A stretch of 62,914 nt of DNA, filler included, from Octopus bimaculoides (GCF_001194135.2; 8 parts of 8 records of this genome joined end to end with filler, not necessarily neighbours in it), one strand, 5' to 3'. Positions 11,591-22,835 are shown, counted from the whole stretch's first letter. Notes: a model not told the origin generated them from the sequence alone. Numbers and translations are program-made.

Positions 11591-12711
11591 GATACGATAG
11601 TCGCAAGTGGAACATCTATAATCATAGATATATTGGATTCGAATTGACCTGGGGCTAAACAATTACAATGGCTCTAGCCACTAATATTAACTAATTGTAT
11701 ACTATATGTACATTAGATGCTATAGTCCTAGGTACACTATGTCTGAATAAAACATACGATTGTTATGAGTGGAATATATCTATGATTATATACCTGTTGG
11801 ATCAGGACTGACCTGGGGCTAAACAACAACAACAACAATATTATTAGGAATAACAACGTTGTTGTTGTTGTCAGTCATTAAGATTGTCATCGCAGAGAAA
11901 TCAGAAAGAGGTCAAGCCAATTTGGCTAAGTCTGAGGTCACGATTATTTAACGAGCGAAGGTCACTTCAGCGTGACCTTCGTTCTGTGTAAGTGTGTGTG
12001 TGTGCGTACGTGTGTGTGTGTGTGTGTGCGTGCGTATGTGTGTGTGTGTGCGTGCGTACGTGTGTGTTTTCTTTTTTTCGTTTCAAAGATGTCAAACAAC
12101 AAACTGTACTACGCGCGCGCACGCACACACACACACAGCCTTTCTCTCTTACTCTCTCTCAAACACCCACTCAAGCATACATACATTGCCCACACGCATG
12201 TCACACACACACGCACAAGCCCTAAACCACTCAAACATACACACACATATATACAGGCACACACGCAAACAGAGACACACATACACTTCCTTAGTTCTCA
12301 ACGGAAGATATGACAGTCATTAACATTTATTGTTGTTATTATTATTATTATCATTATTATTCGTTGTTGTTGCTGACGATGTTTGCTTCTGGCTGTGTGC
12401 CACGCTTTATCCATCATACTACAAGTCTTGCACAAATTATTGTCTCTTTGCCCTTTGAGCTTTCTTTTTGCTCATTTTTAGATTTCTTTTCTTTTTTTGT
12501 TGTTTTTGTAACGAAATGAGGGTGGGGCAGGCAAGGGAACATCTGCCTCTGTAATACTATGATGGGGCGATGCTTTTTGCTCTGCTATATAACCCGGTAT
12601 GGACCTGGGAGAGCGGCACACCCAAGGACATGTGGGAGAGCGACACACTCAAGGATTACCCCAGCAAGAATCCACTGGCGTTTGCATGCTAAGACAAAAC
12701 CAACCGTTACC

Positions 12712-12930
12712 GATTTAGCTTTCAAAGTTTGGCACAAGGCCCACAATTTCAGAAAAGGGAGTAAGTTGAGTACATCGATCTCAGTGCTCATCTGGTACTT
12801 ATTTCATCGACCTCGAAAGAGTGAAAGGTAAAGTCGAACTTGGCAGAATTTGAACTCAGAATGTAAAGACGGACGAAATGCAGCTAAGCATGTTACCCGG
12901 CGTGCTAACGATTCTGCCAGCTCACTGTCT
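12712..12930 (-). mobile_element. SINE family B (tail type 2), first of a tandem pair
   Basis: Head rc CAGTGAGCTGGCAGAATCGTTAGCACGCCGGG followed by the family B core. Confidence 0.85.
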
Positions 12931-12931
12931 T

Positions 12932-13135
12932 AGGTTTAAAACTTTGGCATGAGGCCAGCAATTTCGGGAGAGGGGGGAAATGATTACAACGACCCTAGAG
13001 CTCAGCTGGTACTTATTTTATCAACTCTGAAAGGATGAAAGGCAAAGTCGTCTTCTGTGGAATTGAACTCAGAATGTAAAGACGGACGAAATGCCGCTGT
13101 GCATTTTGCTCGATTCGGCCAATTCAATTGCCTTA
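12932..13135 (-). mobile_element. SINE family B (tail type 2), second of a tandem pair
   Basis: Same core immediately adjacent, with a more decayed head. Confidence 0.8.
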
Positions 13136-13245
13136 ACCGTAACTGATATAAAAATTGAAAAAAATCAGTGTCGTAATTAGCAGCTGGCTGAATAAAGATC
13201 ATTAGAAGATAGGCACGGCAGTTGAAACTAGCTCAAGGTGACTAT

Positions 13246-13819
13246 GATTGGTAAAAGTCTGCAAGTGTAACGCTTCTGTAGGTGAAGACTAGTTCAGTCC
13301 TCGCTGCCGCACTCAGGCGAAGCGTACAGAGTAAGATGCGAAACGCTTGCGATCTTGAGATACCCGCTGACGATGCGGAAGGTTTCCAGTATTTGAACGG
13401 AATTAGAAGAGTTTGCAAAACCTCTGTGTATCTCGTGCAGTTTTTACGTGGGACAGAGCAGCTCTGATGGGTTTTATTTTTCACTTTAGTTGTAGCAGAC
13501 GAAGCTCAAAGCGGCAGAAATACGTATTTAGCAATGCCACTACCACTGCTAGATGATTTCCGTCTGCTTCTAATAGATTTGTTTTTTTTTTTTAAATCTA
13601 TACGTCTATAACAGAAAGCTTTCTCGAATACTGCAGTTCAGCGATGTATTTGCTTTAAGTATGATACGTAGATTGCTATTTTGACGTAATATTGCTTCTG
13701 TCGCTAATAACGAATATATATAAGTACAGATAACAGAAGAGGTAACAAAAATAGCATCGCACCTGAACGTCCTTTACATCTTCTCCGTTTCACACATATA
13801 TAGCTACCACAACCACTTG
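13246..13819 (+). promoter_or_regulatory. Possible promoter and non-coding 5' exon(s)
   Basis: Unique CpG-containing island among repeats: ATTGG (CCAAT rc) at ~13246, TCAGTC initiator-like motif at ~13294, acceptor TTTTATTTTTCACTTTAG|13490 and donor TTG|GTAAGT at 13819. Confidence 0.3.
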
Positions 13820-13944
13820 GTAAGTAATCCCTCAGACCACCTTCCAATTATCATCACCACACACTCACAGATCAATGAAGAAAACAAAAAAATAATTTTA
13901 CAAATTTCTACCCCACCAAAATAAAGCTTCAATTGCGATGAAGC

Positions 13945-14310
13945 AGATACCATCCATCCAACCATCCATCCAACCATCCATCCATCCATCCATCTTCACC
14001 CACTATTCCAGGGAGACTTGTAGGAATAGAGTACTAAAGCACTTCCTCCGCAGGGTCCTATCAGAAGAAACCATCATTACAATTTCCGACTGGATTCCCA
14101 AGTGTGACCAACTGAGATTTTGGACATTATCCAACCATCTCAATCTTGGCCAACCCCTACGTCTCGTGCCAGTTAGCTCGGCTTGAAGAATCCATCTTGT
14201 GATTCTTTCTTGTGACGTTCGAATTTCATGTCTTTAGGATCGGAGCTGTGACTTCCCAATACGGTTCAAAGTAGAGAGACCGCCCTACCTCCGATCTAAG
14301 CACTCTGTCA
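13945..14310 (-). mobile_element. RTE-clade LINE 3' end with (GGAT)n tail
   Basis: Minus-strand ILQAELTGTRRRGWPRLRWLDNVQ...SDRTLRRK is the typical RTE C-terminal GxRxRGRPRxRWxD motif. The adjacent (ATCC)n tract is its tail. Confidence 0.75.
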
Positions 14311-14541
14311 GGTAACGTTACTCCAATGATCCTTTGGTGGAACCCCATTTCAGCCGCTTGTGTTTGCGATTGTACTCTTTCAGTCACTATTCAACATTCA
14401 CGACCAAAAGAGAACGAAAATGATTTTAGAAATCCCCGCTCCTCCCTCCATAAAATGAGACGAAGAAGATTCCATCTTTTCACAATCCACCACCTCTATC
14501 ACTACCATTAAAACACACTTCGATACATTTACGCAGCAAAA

Positions 14542-14760
14542 TATTGATTTCAAACTATGGCACAAGGCCAGCAATTACATGGGAGGATGTAAGTCGATTA
14601 CATCGACTCCAGAACTCAACTGGTACTTATTTTACCGACCCCGAAAGGATGAAAGGCAAAGTCGGCCTCAGCGGAATTTGAGCTCAGAATGTAAAAACGG
14701 ACAAAATACCATTAAGCATTTCGCCCGGTGTGCAAATGATTCTGTCAGATCGCTGCTTTG
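14542..14760 (-). mobile_element. SINE family B (tail type 2)
   Basis: Full head, core and tail on the minus strand. Confidence 0.85.
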
Positions 14761-14930
14761 TGCAACAAAGTAAATATTGCCGCATCGAAAGAACAACATA
14801 GCCTTGGAGATAACTCGGAAAAAAACTCATGACCATCACTCGCCAGAGATTATAACTTAAATGTTTAGGCGCTAGTACAGTCGCAAGCAGGCCCAGACAT
14901 CTTCTCAGTTCTCCTACCCTTGATCTAGTC

Positions 14931-15258
14931 CAGTAGTTCTCAACCGAGATCCATATAAGACTTTGTAGAGTCCATGCAAGATTCTGCTAGAAAAATAGTA
15001 AATTGGGGATCTACAGTAGTATTTTAAGGGTCCATGAAAAAATTTTTGCTTCAGATGTATGTATTCGTATGTATTGCAAGAAACATTTATGTTTCTTTCT
15101 CTAACATTTTACATATTTCAGCCAACACAAGTGAATGTGTGAAAAACAAAATCGAAATTTTGAAAGAAGTTTCTAGAAAACTAGTGTTTAAACATCGAAT
15201 GTCTATGGGGGTCCACCAGAATAAAATAGCAAACAAAAGGGTCCATAGAAAACCACTG
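14931..15258. mobile_element. hAT-type MITE
   Basis: Ends CAGTAGTTCTCAACC and GAAAACCACTG, flanked by a degenerate 8-bp duplication (ATCTAGTC / ATTTTGTC). Confidence 0.6.
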
Positions 15259-15939
15259 ATTTTGTCGAACATCCAGGATGTGACAGGTCGAAAAGGTGGC
15301 AATGCACCAGTATTTGGCTGGTACTCACTTACAGCTGAGAAGACCGGAGTGGTGAAGGCACGTGGCCTAGTGGTTTCGATTCCCGGACCGGGGGTACATT
15401 TTTGAGCAAAACACTTCATTTCTCGTTGCTCTAGTCCATTCAGCTGTAAATGGGTGACCCTGTAACGAACTGGCGTCCGTGTCGGTGGTAGTGGTAGCAG
15501 GGAAATTTTGTGATCTCAATCGGAAATTGAGTAACCGACCCTATGAGTGCTAAGACTTGAGACAGTAATGTCTTAAAATGTGTTGCCTGGTTCAGGAATT
15601 GAACTCAGAACCTCATGATTGAGAGCCCGACACGTTAACGAATCGGCCATGTGTTCCAAAAATAGCAACCACAAACACAACAGAAATAAAACTCTTAATC
15701 AATCAACTAAAACTAAAAAAAGTTTTTAAAAAATTAAAGAATACGCAAAAAAAAAACAGGAAACTGGAAAACATTTGTATCCAACGTAAACCACAAATCA
15801 AACACTATACAGAGTAATTGGCAGGAATATCATAATCATCATCATCATAATATTCATGATCATTATCATCATCGTCATCATCGTCAACACTTCATCACCA
15901 CCATCATCATAATCATCATGATCCTTATCATCATCGCCA

Positions 15940-16112
15940 TCATCATCGGCACCATCATCTTCACCACCACCACCATCATCATCATAATGATCATGGTCAT
16001 CATCATCGGCACCATCATCTTCACCACCACCACCATCATCATCATAATGATCATGGTCATCATCATCGGCACCATCATCTTCACCACCACCACCATCATC
16101 ATCATAATGATC
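15940..16112. repeat. 60-bp minisatellite derived from (CAT)/(CAC) repeats
   Basis: Unit ATCATCATCGGCACCATCATCTTCACCACCACCACCATCATCATCATAATGATCATGGTC repeats with an exact 60-nt period up to the gap. Confidence 0.9.
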
Positions 16113-16212
16113 NNNNNNNNNNNNNNNNNNNNNNNNNNNNNNNNNNNNNNNNNNNNTTAATTAATTAANNNNNNNNNNNNNNNNNNNNNNNNNNNNNNNN
16201 NNNNNNNNNNNN

Positions 16213-16244
<32 letters not shown>

Positions 16245-16429
16245 CGCGCGCACACACACTGATAGATAAACCAACCAGACAGTAAGACAGGCGTAAAAAC
16301 AAGATTAGTTTACACGTTAATAATTCCAACACAAAATTTTACACCCAGTCAAACAAATATTTTATTTATTCTTTAATATCAAATATCGCCTTTCCTGTAA
16401 AAAAATATTTGTCTTCTGAGGAAACTGCA

Positions 16430-16830
16430 GACGTCGAGGGGGTAACCACATAGAAATGGAAAGCTGGAGAGTCTCATCGATATATGCTGACATCCTCACC
16501 ATAAAACAGAATGATCGCCACCATTCTAAAGGAATACAGGGCGTTGACAGGAGTAAAAATTAACTTCGACTAATCTATAGGTTCGCAGCTCGATATTTGG
16601 ATATACATTTAGTGTGGTCAGCACCGTGGGGCGTTGAACAGGATACGGTTTCGCCCATACTTGTGGTTGGATAGGAACTGAGATGCTATTATAAACAAAG
16701 TGGCCTATATTATCCAGAAATGGTTTGAGAGGAATCTATGACCGAAAGATTGTAAATAGGTGACGAATATGTAACGGTTTATAAGGTCACCAATTATTAC
16801 GATCATATGTAACGAAGATATGCGCCGAAT
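16430..16830 (+). mobile_element. L1/Tx1-like RT remnant
   Basis: Decayed LRKLQTSRG, YAD(D), EYRALTGVKINFD*SIGSQLDIW and QKWFERNL match the Tx1 RT 'Y..TGAKINxxKSxGL' region. Confidence 0.6.
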
Positions 16831-17174
16831 AAATTAATTGTTAATTGAAATGGTCCTTTATTTATTACACTCTGTAACAATTTTTTTCGTCTTTGGTCAG
16901 TAAGTCAATTTTTCCTGTTTGTTTCTATCTAAAAATCAAAGCAGCAATGTACGATTCGGTATGCTATGACTCAACAAAGCTGTAGAATCGCAAACATCAT
17001 TTAAACTACAAAACACAAGGAAATGTTTTGATAGTTGTCGGTGATAGTTCTTTCAAGTTTCACATGAATATCTGTTCTTTGTGGGCTTTTTTTTTTATAA
17101 AATAGCTCTTAGAGTAGCAAAAGTTAAAAAGACATACACAATCAGAGAACATCAGCCGAAAGGCTGTTTTAGCT

Positions 17175-17390
17175 ATTTTGTCACCATATTTCTGTTGAAA
17201 TGAATACACTGCTTTCGTTAAATTTAATTTTGAAAATAACGAAGGATTTCGTAAAATAACTAATTAAGCTATTGTTTGAACACGAGTTAATAGGAAACTT
17301 GGGAAATGTTTTAATTTTGACCACTTTAAAGCAGGGAATTTGTCATATAAAACGAAAGGCAGTTTCATGCAGGTTGGTATAAAAAAAAAA
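17175..17390. mobile_element. piggyBac-like MITE, decayed
   Basis: Collinear with the copy at 24442-24652. Confidence 0.55.
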
Positions 17391-17749
17391 GTTTAAAGAC
17401 ATCTTGCATATTACTGCGTAAGTGCATTAGGTACTACTTTCATAAAATACGACACATTCATGATTTCGCGATAGGGAAGATCAATTTATAGGCTAGATTG
17501 AATTAAAATTTTAGTTTATTTTTTTTTCAGCTTGATTAATATATAAACGTTGTTGGTATGTCAACCCTGGTGGAATATGTGCGCTGTGAGCACGAGTGAA
17601 TTCAAACAGAAGTTCTTTTTTTTTTTATAGTACTTCTATAGTGTTTAAAAAATAAGCACGTTTACATCGTTAACTACTACGTACTGAGTTTCAAGTTTTG
17701 TATACGCTTATGTTATGATGGCACTCTGAATTGATATAGTGTAAGAGAT

Positions 17750-17905
17750 AAGAGATTGCTCCGAGCTCGCATTAGGCAAGAAGTTGAACTTGGGGGGGGG
17801 GGCATGACACTGCATGTGAAAATTTTGAATGAAATCCGATGTGTAGTCCTCGAGTTTTAGGGATTCACACAGACAGACACATATTCTCAGTTTTAAGATA
17901 AATAT
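17750..17905 (-). mobile_element. Second Helitron 5' end, in tandem with 17914-19285
   Basis: 17829-17900 is similar to 19198-19270 (AAAA(C/T)TGAGAAT...TGTGTGAATCCCTAAAACTC on the minus strand). Its 3' end is not located. Confidence 0.6.
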
Positions 17906-17913
17906 ATAATAAA

Positions 17914-19285
17914 CTATCAGCTAAGCCCAGTTTCACCCGGCCAGAGAACGACGCGAAGAGAGAAACGAAGACATAAAAAAGAGGAAGAAGTGGATACGAA
18001 GTGGTGTTTGGGCGACGGATCTTGGGAGAAAAAAAAAAGAATGTCATGGTGAGTTAGTAAGGAGAGTGAAGCAAGATTGGACTTACGTGGGCTAGCAGGA
18101 CGATGAAAAAATTGCGGAGTTGAAATTGGAGCAGTTGCTGTTGTTATCATTGTTATCTTGGTAGACAACATTCTTCGTCCTTCCCTCGGGTGCACAAATA
18201 GAAAGACCATGGGACAGCCAACGTACAGTTGTGCGTGTGAGAATACTTGCTCTGTCAGATACAAACCAACCGCTTGCACTGATTGTCCCTGCGCCTTGTT
18301 GAGTGTCATGGGAAAGCAGTTTGATGGGAAATTGCATCTGTTTAAACTTGTAGGTCGTATCGGAGTGGGTAAGGGACATGGGAGTTATAAGTATGTCTTA
18401 GCCAGCGGTCGGTTCGTTCAAGATTGTTGCCTACAGAACTCAGGAGCACAATTTTTTAATAATCATCCGCGTACCATTGCACATTATTGGAGCATCTAAA
18501 TTCCTTAGCAGCATGATTGGCGCGCCAACTTTCAGATGCAGTTCGTGAGCTGGTAGTTCTGCGGGTCCCCCCTTTTGTCAGATTTATCATGGGCCGGCCG
18601 GTCTATCTCAGATACATGGGAAGCTGGATTAAATTTTTCATCAACACAGGGGAGCCGAAATAAATTTTTTCAATGTCCAAGGGAAGCCAAATCACGAAAA
18701 AGGTTGAGAAATGCTCATCTATAACGATGGTTCTTATTTAGGCACATCGTAAAAGTAATTATAATGAATTGCTTAATATGAAGAAAAGTATATTTTTTCA
18801 AGCAAATACAGTTAGAAAAAATATTTTAACATTTCAAGTCATCGCTAAAAACAAAGCTCATCAATTTTTGAATAAAATAATAATTTTATTCTTTTATTCT
18901 AAGTTGTAAATTTTGCCCGAGAAATAAAGCAAATAATCACCAAATGCATTGTTAAAAATCTGCAACTCGATAGCAAATATCTCCAAATTGATTAGAAATG
19001 CATAAATTTAATAATAACAATGTTTTTGAGATTCCGGTTCGAATGACATGGGTGTTTTTGTTTCAGTTTTGACACGTAATACTTAAATAGTGGAGGAGAT
19101 ATGATGTTGCTGTGGACTAGAAGTACGCAAGAAGTTGAAATTTGTTTTCGACTAAAACATAACCGGGACCCTAAGTAAGGCATGTATAAATTTCGAATGA
19201 AATTGGTTGTGTAGTTCTGGAGTTTTAGGGATTCACACAGACATACATTCTCAATTTTATATATATATATATATAGATAGATAGA
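17914..19285 (-). mobile_element. Non-autonomous Helitron carrying a Pif1 helicase C-terminal fragment
   Basis: 5' A|TC-TATCTATATA...; peptide LPAHELHLKVGAPIMLLRNLDAPIMCNGTRMIIKK...FKQMQFPIK / MTLNKAQGQS..VGLYL..VFSHAQLYVGC at 18570-18200; degenerate GC hairpin and ATAG|T 3' end. Confidence 0.85.
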
Positions 19286-20921
19286 TAAATAAAAATAAAT
19301 ATTTTGTTACACATTGTAATCCTTCTATTTCATTTACATTGCTGGCATCCCCCCCCGCCCAAATTACTTCTGTGTTCAGCAACAGCATGCTTCGGCGTCC
19401 CAATCATATATATATTGATTGGTCCTCACTTCAATATTTGTTGATTAGGACCACATTAAATTTATATAATTTTTGTGTATGTATATACTTATTTTATGAT
19501 GTTCGGATGAATGCATACTCAAATGCACTGATTAAAAATTCGCGAGGAAGGATATTAAAGAATAAAGTAACACGGAGATTAAAAGGATAACAGACGATTA
19601 GAGAAGGAAGAAATTTTGAAAGAATTCTAAGTTGGGACGGGATACCAAAAGACAGACGTGATGGTAACTAAAACAAGGTACTTACGTTCAGAGACAATTT
19701 CGATATAACCACCAAGGACTTGCTACTACTCTTCTTTTTTCTCCTCCTTCCATAACTACTATTATTACTACCACCATCACCAGTTGTAGTAGTAGGAGGA
19801 GTAACCGGTTTAAGATGCGAGTTGTTACAGTGATTGAAACTCCATCGCTAATTACTAGAATGGTCATTATCAACATAATTAAAAAGGCTACCGTCTTACC
19901 CTCCCCAATCATATGTCTGTAGTAACCACTATCAAACACAATAAATATGAAACCTTTCGCTTCTATGGCCCCAAATAAGAGTCCCGTTTCAAACGCTACC
20001 AAAACATACTGATTATGATGTTCATATATTTGTATCTTTATTTAAAAGATTAATTGTTACTTTTGACATTAGCCACAATAAATTGGTCACTCATTTTACA
20101 TAAGATTTCTGCTGACTGAAACAGAACTGTCGATAGATGAATTAAGAAAGAAATTAGATAAATTCGATGAAAAGTTCTTCGTTGGTCAGCAACAGAAAAT
20201 TATTCTATATATTACAGATATTTTCTGAAAACGCGCTAAGGACCATCAACCGATCGTATAAGTGTCGCCACCTGTAACGCGGAGGAGAGAAAAATCAATA
20301 AATACTGGGGGGGGNNNNNNNNNNNNNNNNNNNNNNNNNNNNNNNNNNNNNNNNNNNNNNNNNNNNNNNNNNNNNNNNNNNNNNNNNNNNNNNNNNNNNN
20401 NNNNNNNNNNNNNNNNNNNNNNNNNNNNNNNNNNNNNNNNNNNNNNNNNNNNNNNNNNNNNNNNNNNNNNNNNNNNNNNNNNNNNNNNNNNNNNNNNNNN
20501 NNNNNNNNNNNNNNNNNNNNNNNNNNNNNNNNNNNNNNNNNNNNNNNNNNNNNNNNNNNNNNNNNNNNNNNNNNNNNNNNNNNNNNNNNNNNNNNNNNNN
20601 NNNNNNNNNNNNNNNNNNNNNNNNNNNNNNNNNNNNNNNNNNNNNNNNNNNNNNNNNNNNNNNNNNNNNNNNNNNNNNNNNNNNNNNNNNNNNNNNNNNN
20701 NNNNNNNNNNNNNNNNNNNNNNNNNNNNNNNNNNNNNNNNNNNNNNNNNNNNNNNNNNNNNNNNNNNNNNNNNNNNNNNNNNNNNNNNNNNNNNNNNNNN
20801 NNNNNNNNNNNNNNNNNNNNNNNNNNNNNNNNNNNNNNNNNNNNNNNNNNNNNNNNNNNNNNNNNNNNNNNNNNNNNNNNNNNNNNNNNNNNNNNTATAT
20901 ATATATATATATATCCTGTGA

Positions 20922-21180
20922 AGGCGCATGGCTCAGTGGTTAGAGCGTCGGGCTTACGATCGTGAGGTTGTGGGTTCGAATCCCGGACCGGGTTGTTTGT
21001 TATGTTCGCTCAGCTGTAGAAATGAGTTGCGACATCACTTGGATAAGTGGTATGGAAATGGGAGGCTGGTATGCATGGGCGACTGCTGGTCTTCCATAAA
21101 ACGACCTTGCCCAGACTTGTGCCTGGGAGGGTAACTTTCTAGGTGCAATCCCATGGTCAGTCATGACCGAAGGGGGTCTC
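20922..21180 (+). mobile_element. SINE family D with internal deletions and intact Pol III boxes
   Basis: A box TGGCTCAGTGG, B box GGTTCGAATCC. Confidence 0.85.
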
Positions 21181-21829
21181 AGCATATTTATCCAACATTA
21201 TATCAGCACAGCTCGGTGCAACCACAAAACTGCTTTTGCCTGTTGATATCATTATGCTGTAGCTGGCATGATAAAATAAGAGCTTTTATTCAAAAGAGTT
21301 TCCCGTAAACAAACTTAAAGGATATAAATAGATATAGATATACACACGTGCGCGCACACACACATACACACTAATGCACTCATACATATATACTGAAATG
21401 GTTAAACGGGTTTTCGGATCTTTATGGTTTGACGGGCAACATTTTTCATTTATGTTTTATGTAGTGTTTTTTGGTACCGAAACACTTTCAAACTTCGTAT
21501 ACTTGTATATTTTGTGTTATAGAACAGATAAAAATTTTTGTATTCGAAGTTATTTCATGTTAAAAATTGTCTTATTTCAATAATTTCAACCAATCACTGA
21601 CGTCTATTCAGTTGAATACAGTTACTGTTGTGGCGGTGTATATGGTATTAATCCCTTGTTGACATATTTCATCCGTTTTTTTTTTGTTTGTATTCTTTTG
21701 AAGTAGACAAAATTACAGAAAAATGGTAATTTATACGCATATATTGTTTATATAATAAATTACGCTGTGCGTATCTGTGTTTGTAACAATTTTTCGCTAG
21801 TACTCAGTAACACATTTTCTAAATGATGG

Positions 21830-22049
21830 TAGAGTTTGATTTGAAGAAGATTTGGCTGCTATTATGCTTGAATTACACTATTCTACTTGTTTCAGTTGAT
21901 TGAGTAATAGCTAATAAGGGGGAAAAGCCATCAAAATACTTGAATATTGCCTGCACTTGTTATTGGAGCTGGCAGAATTATTAATGCACCTCCACCAAGT
22001 GCTTCATTTCCTAGAAACAGCAGCCAAATCTTCTTCAAATCAAACTCTA
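21830..22049. repeat. Perfect 31-bp inverted repeat (family F segments) with 158-nt spacer
   Basis: TAGAGTTTGATTTGAAGAAGATTTGGCTGCT (21830-21860) is the exact reverse complement of 22019-22049. Confidence 0.9.
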
Positions 22050-22463
22050 GTTTTATATGACACATTCTACCAGTGTCCCAAGTTTGAAAGTGTTTCGTTA
22101 AGAAAACAAGTTTTCAAATGCAAATTTATAAAAAAAAAACAAAAAACAAAACAAAATGATGCTTTGAGAACTTTATTATAAACAAAAAAAACCCCGAAAT
22201 ATTTACATTTCTATCAAATATGCTGCCAGTTTCAATCATTTTTAAGATGACATAGTCATGCTGCAAAAGAAGATAAAACAAATTGAAATAATTTAAATTA
22301 AATTGTTCCCATATTTTACAAAATTTATATGATGTTGGTCGTTGGTTTCCTTGTGATGGATTTTGGATAGTAGTAGTAGTAGTAGTAGTAGTAGTAGATG
22401 TTGTTGTTATTTTTTGTTTCTTACTGGGAATATTGATTTTACGGAGTAACTACCAGTAAGGGA

Positions 22464-22823
22464 GTGGAGGCGCAATGGCCCAGTGGTTAGGGCAGCGGAA
22501 TCGATTCCCAGACCGGGCATTGTGAGTGTTTATTGAGCGAAAACACCTAAAGCTCCACGAGGCTCCGGCAGGGGATGGTGGCGAACCCTGCTGTACACTT
22601 CCACCACAACTTTCTCTCACTCTTACTTCCTGTTTCTGTTGTGCCTGTAATTCAAAGGGTCAGCCTTGTCACACTGTGTCACGCTGAATATCCCCGAGAA
22701 CTACGTTAAGGGTACACGTGTCTGTGGAGTGATCAGCCACTTGCACGTTAATTTCACGAGCAGGCTGTTCCGTTGATCGGATCAACTGGAACCCTCGACG
22801 TCGTAAGCGACGGAGTGCCAACA
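22464..22823 (+). mobile_element. SINE family C with 12-bp TSD
   Basis: Head GTGGAGGCGCAATGGCCCAGTGGTTAGGGC, (CAA) tail, TSD ACCAGTAAGGGA at 22452-22463 and 22824-22835. The head has a ~20-nt deletion. Confidence 0.92.
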
Positions 22824-22835
22824 ACCAGTAAGGGA

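Larger units (their letters stand above)
10135..11835 (+). repeat. Local array of about five diverged 3' units of dispersed repeat family F, ending in (CAA)n
   Basis: TAGTC(C/T)TAG(A/G)TAC...AATAAAAGATGG...GGATCAG(G/A)ACTGACCTG(G/A)GG(C/T)TAAAC recurs near 10440, 10575, 10715, 11590 and 11720. Confidence 0.7.

Noticed and set aside
16850-16899. MVLYLLHSVTIFFVFG followed by a GTAAGT donor
   Set aside because: No upstream acceptor or promoter, and it abuts a Tx1 remnant; probably chance in AT-rich DNA.
20105-20184. + strand peptide FLLTETELSIDELRKKLDKFDEKFFV that looks protein-like
   Set aside because: Weak acceptor, and the purine richness is equally explained as the complement of a minus-strand pyrimidine tract.
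20922-20995. tRNA-like sequence with perfect A and B boxes
   Set aside because: It continues directly into the SINE D body and lacks a proper acceptor stem, so it is a SINE head rather than a tRNA gene.
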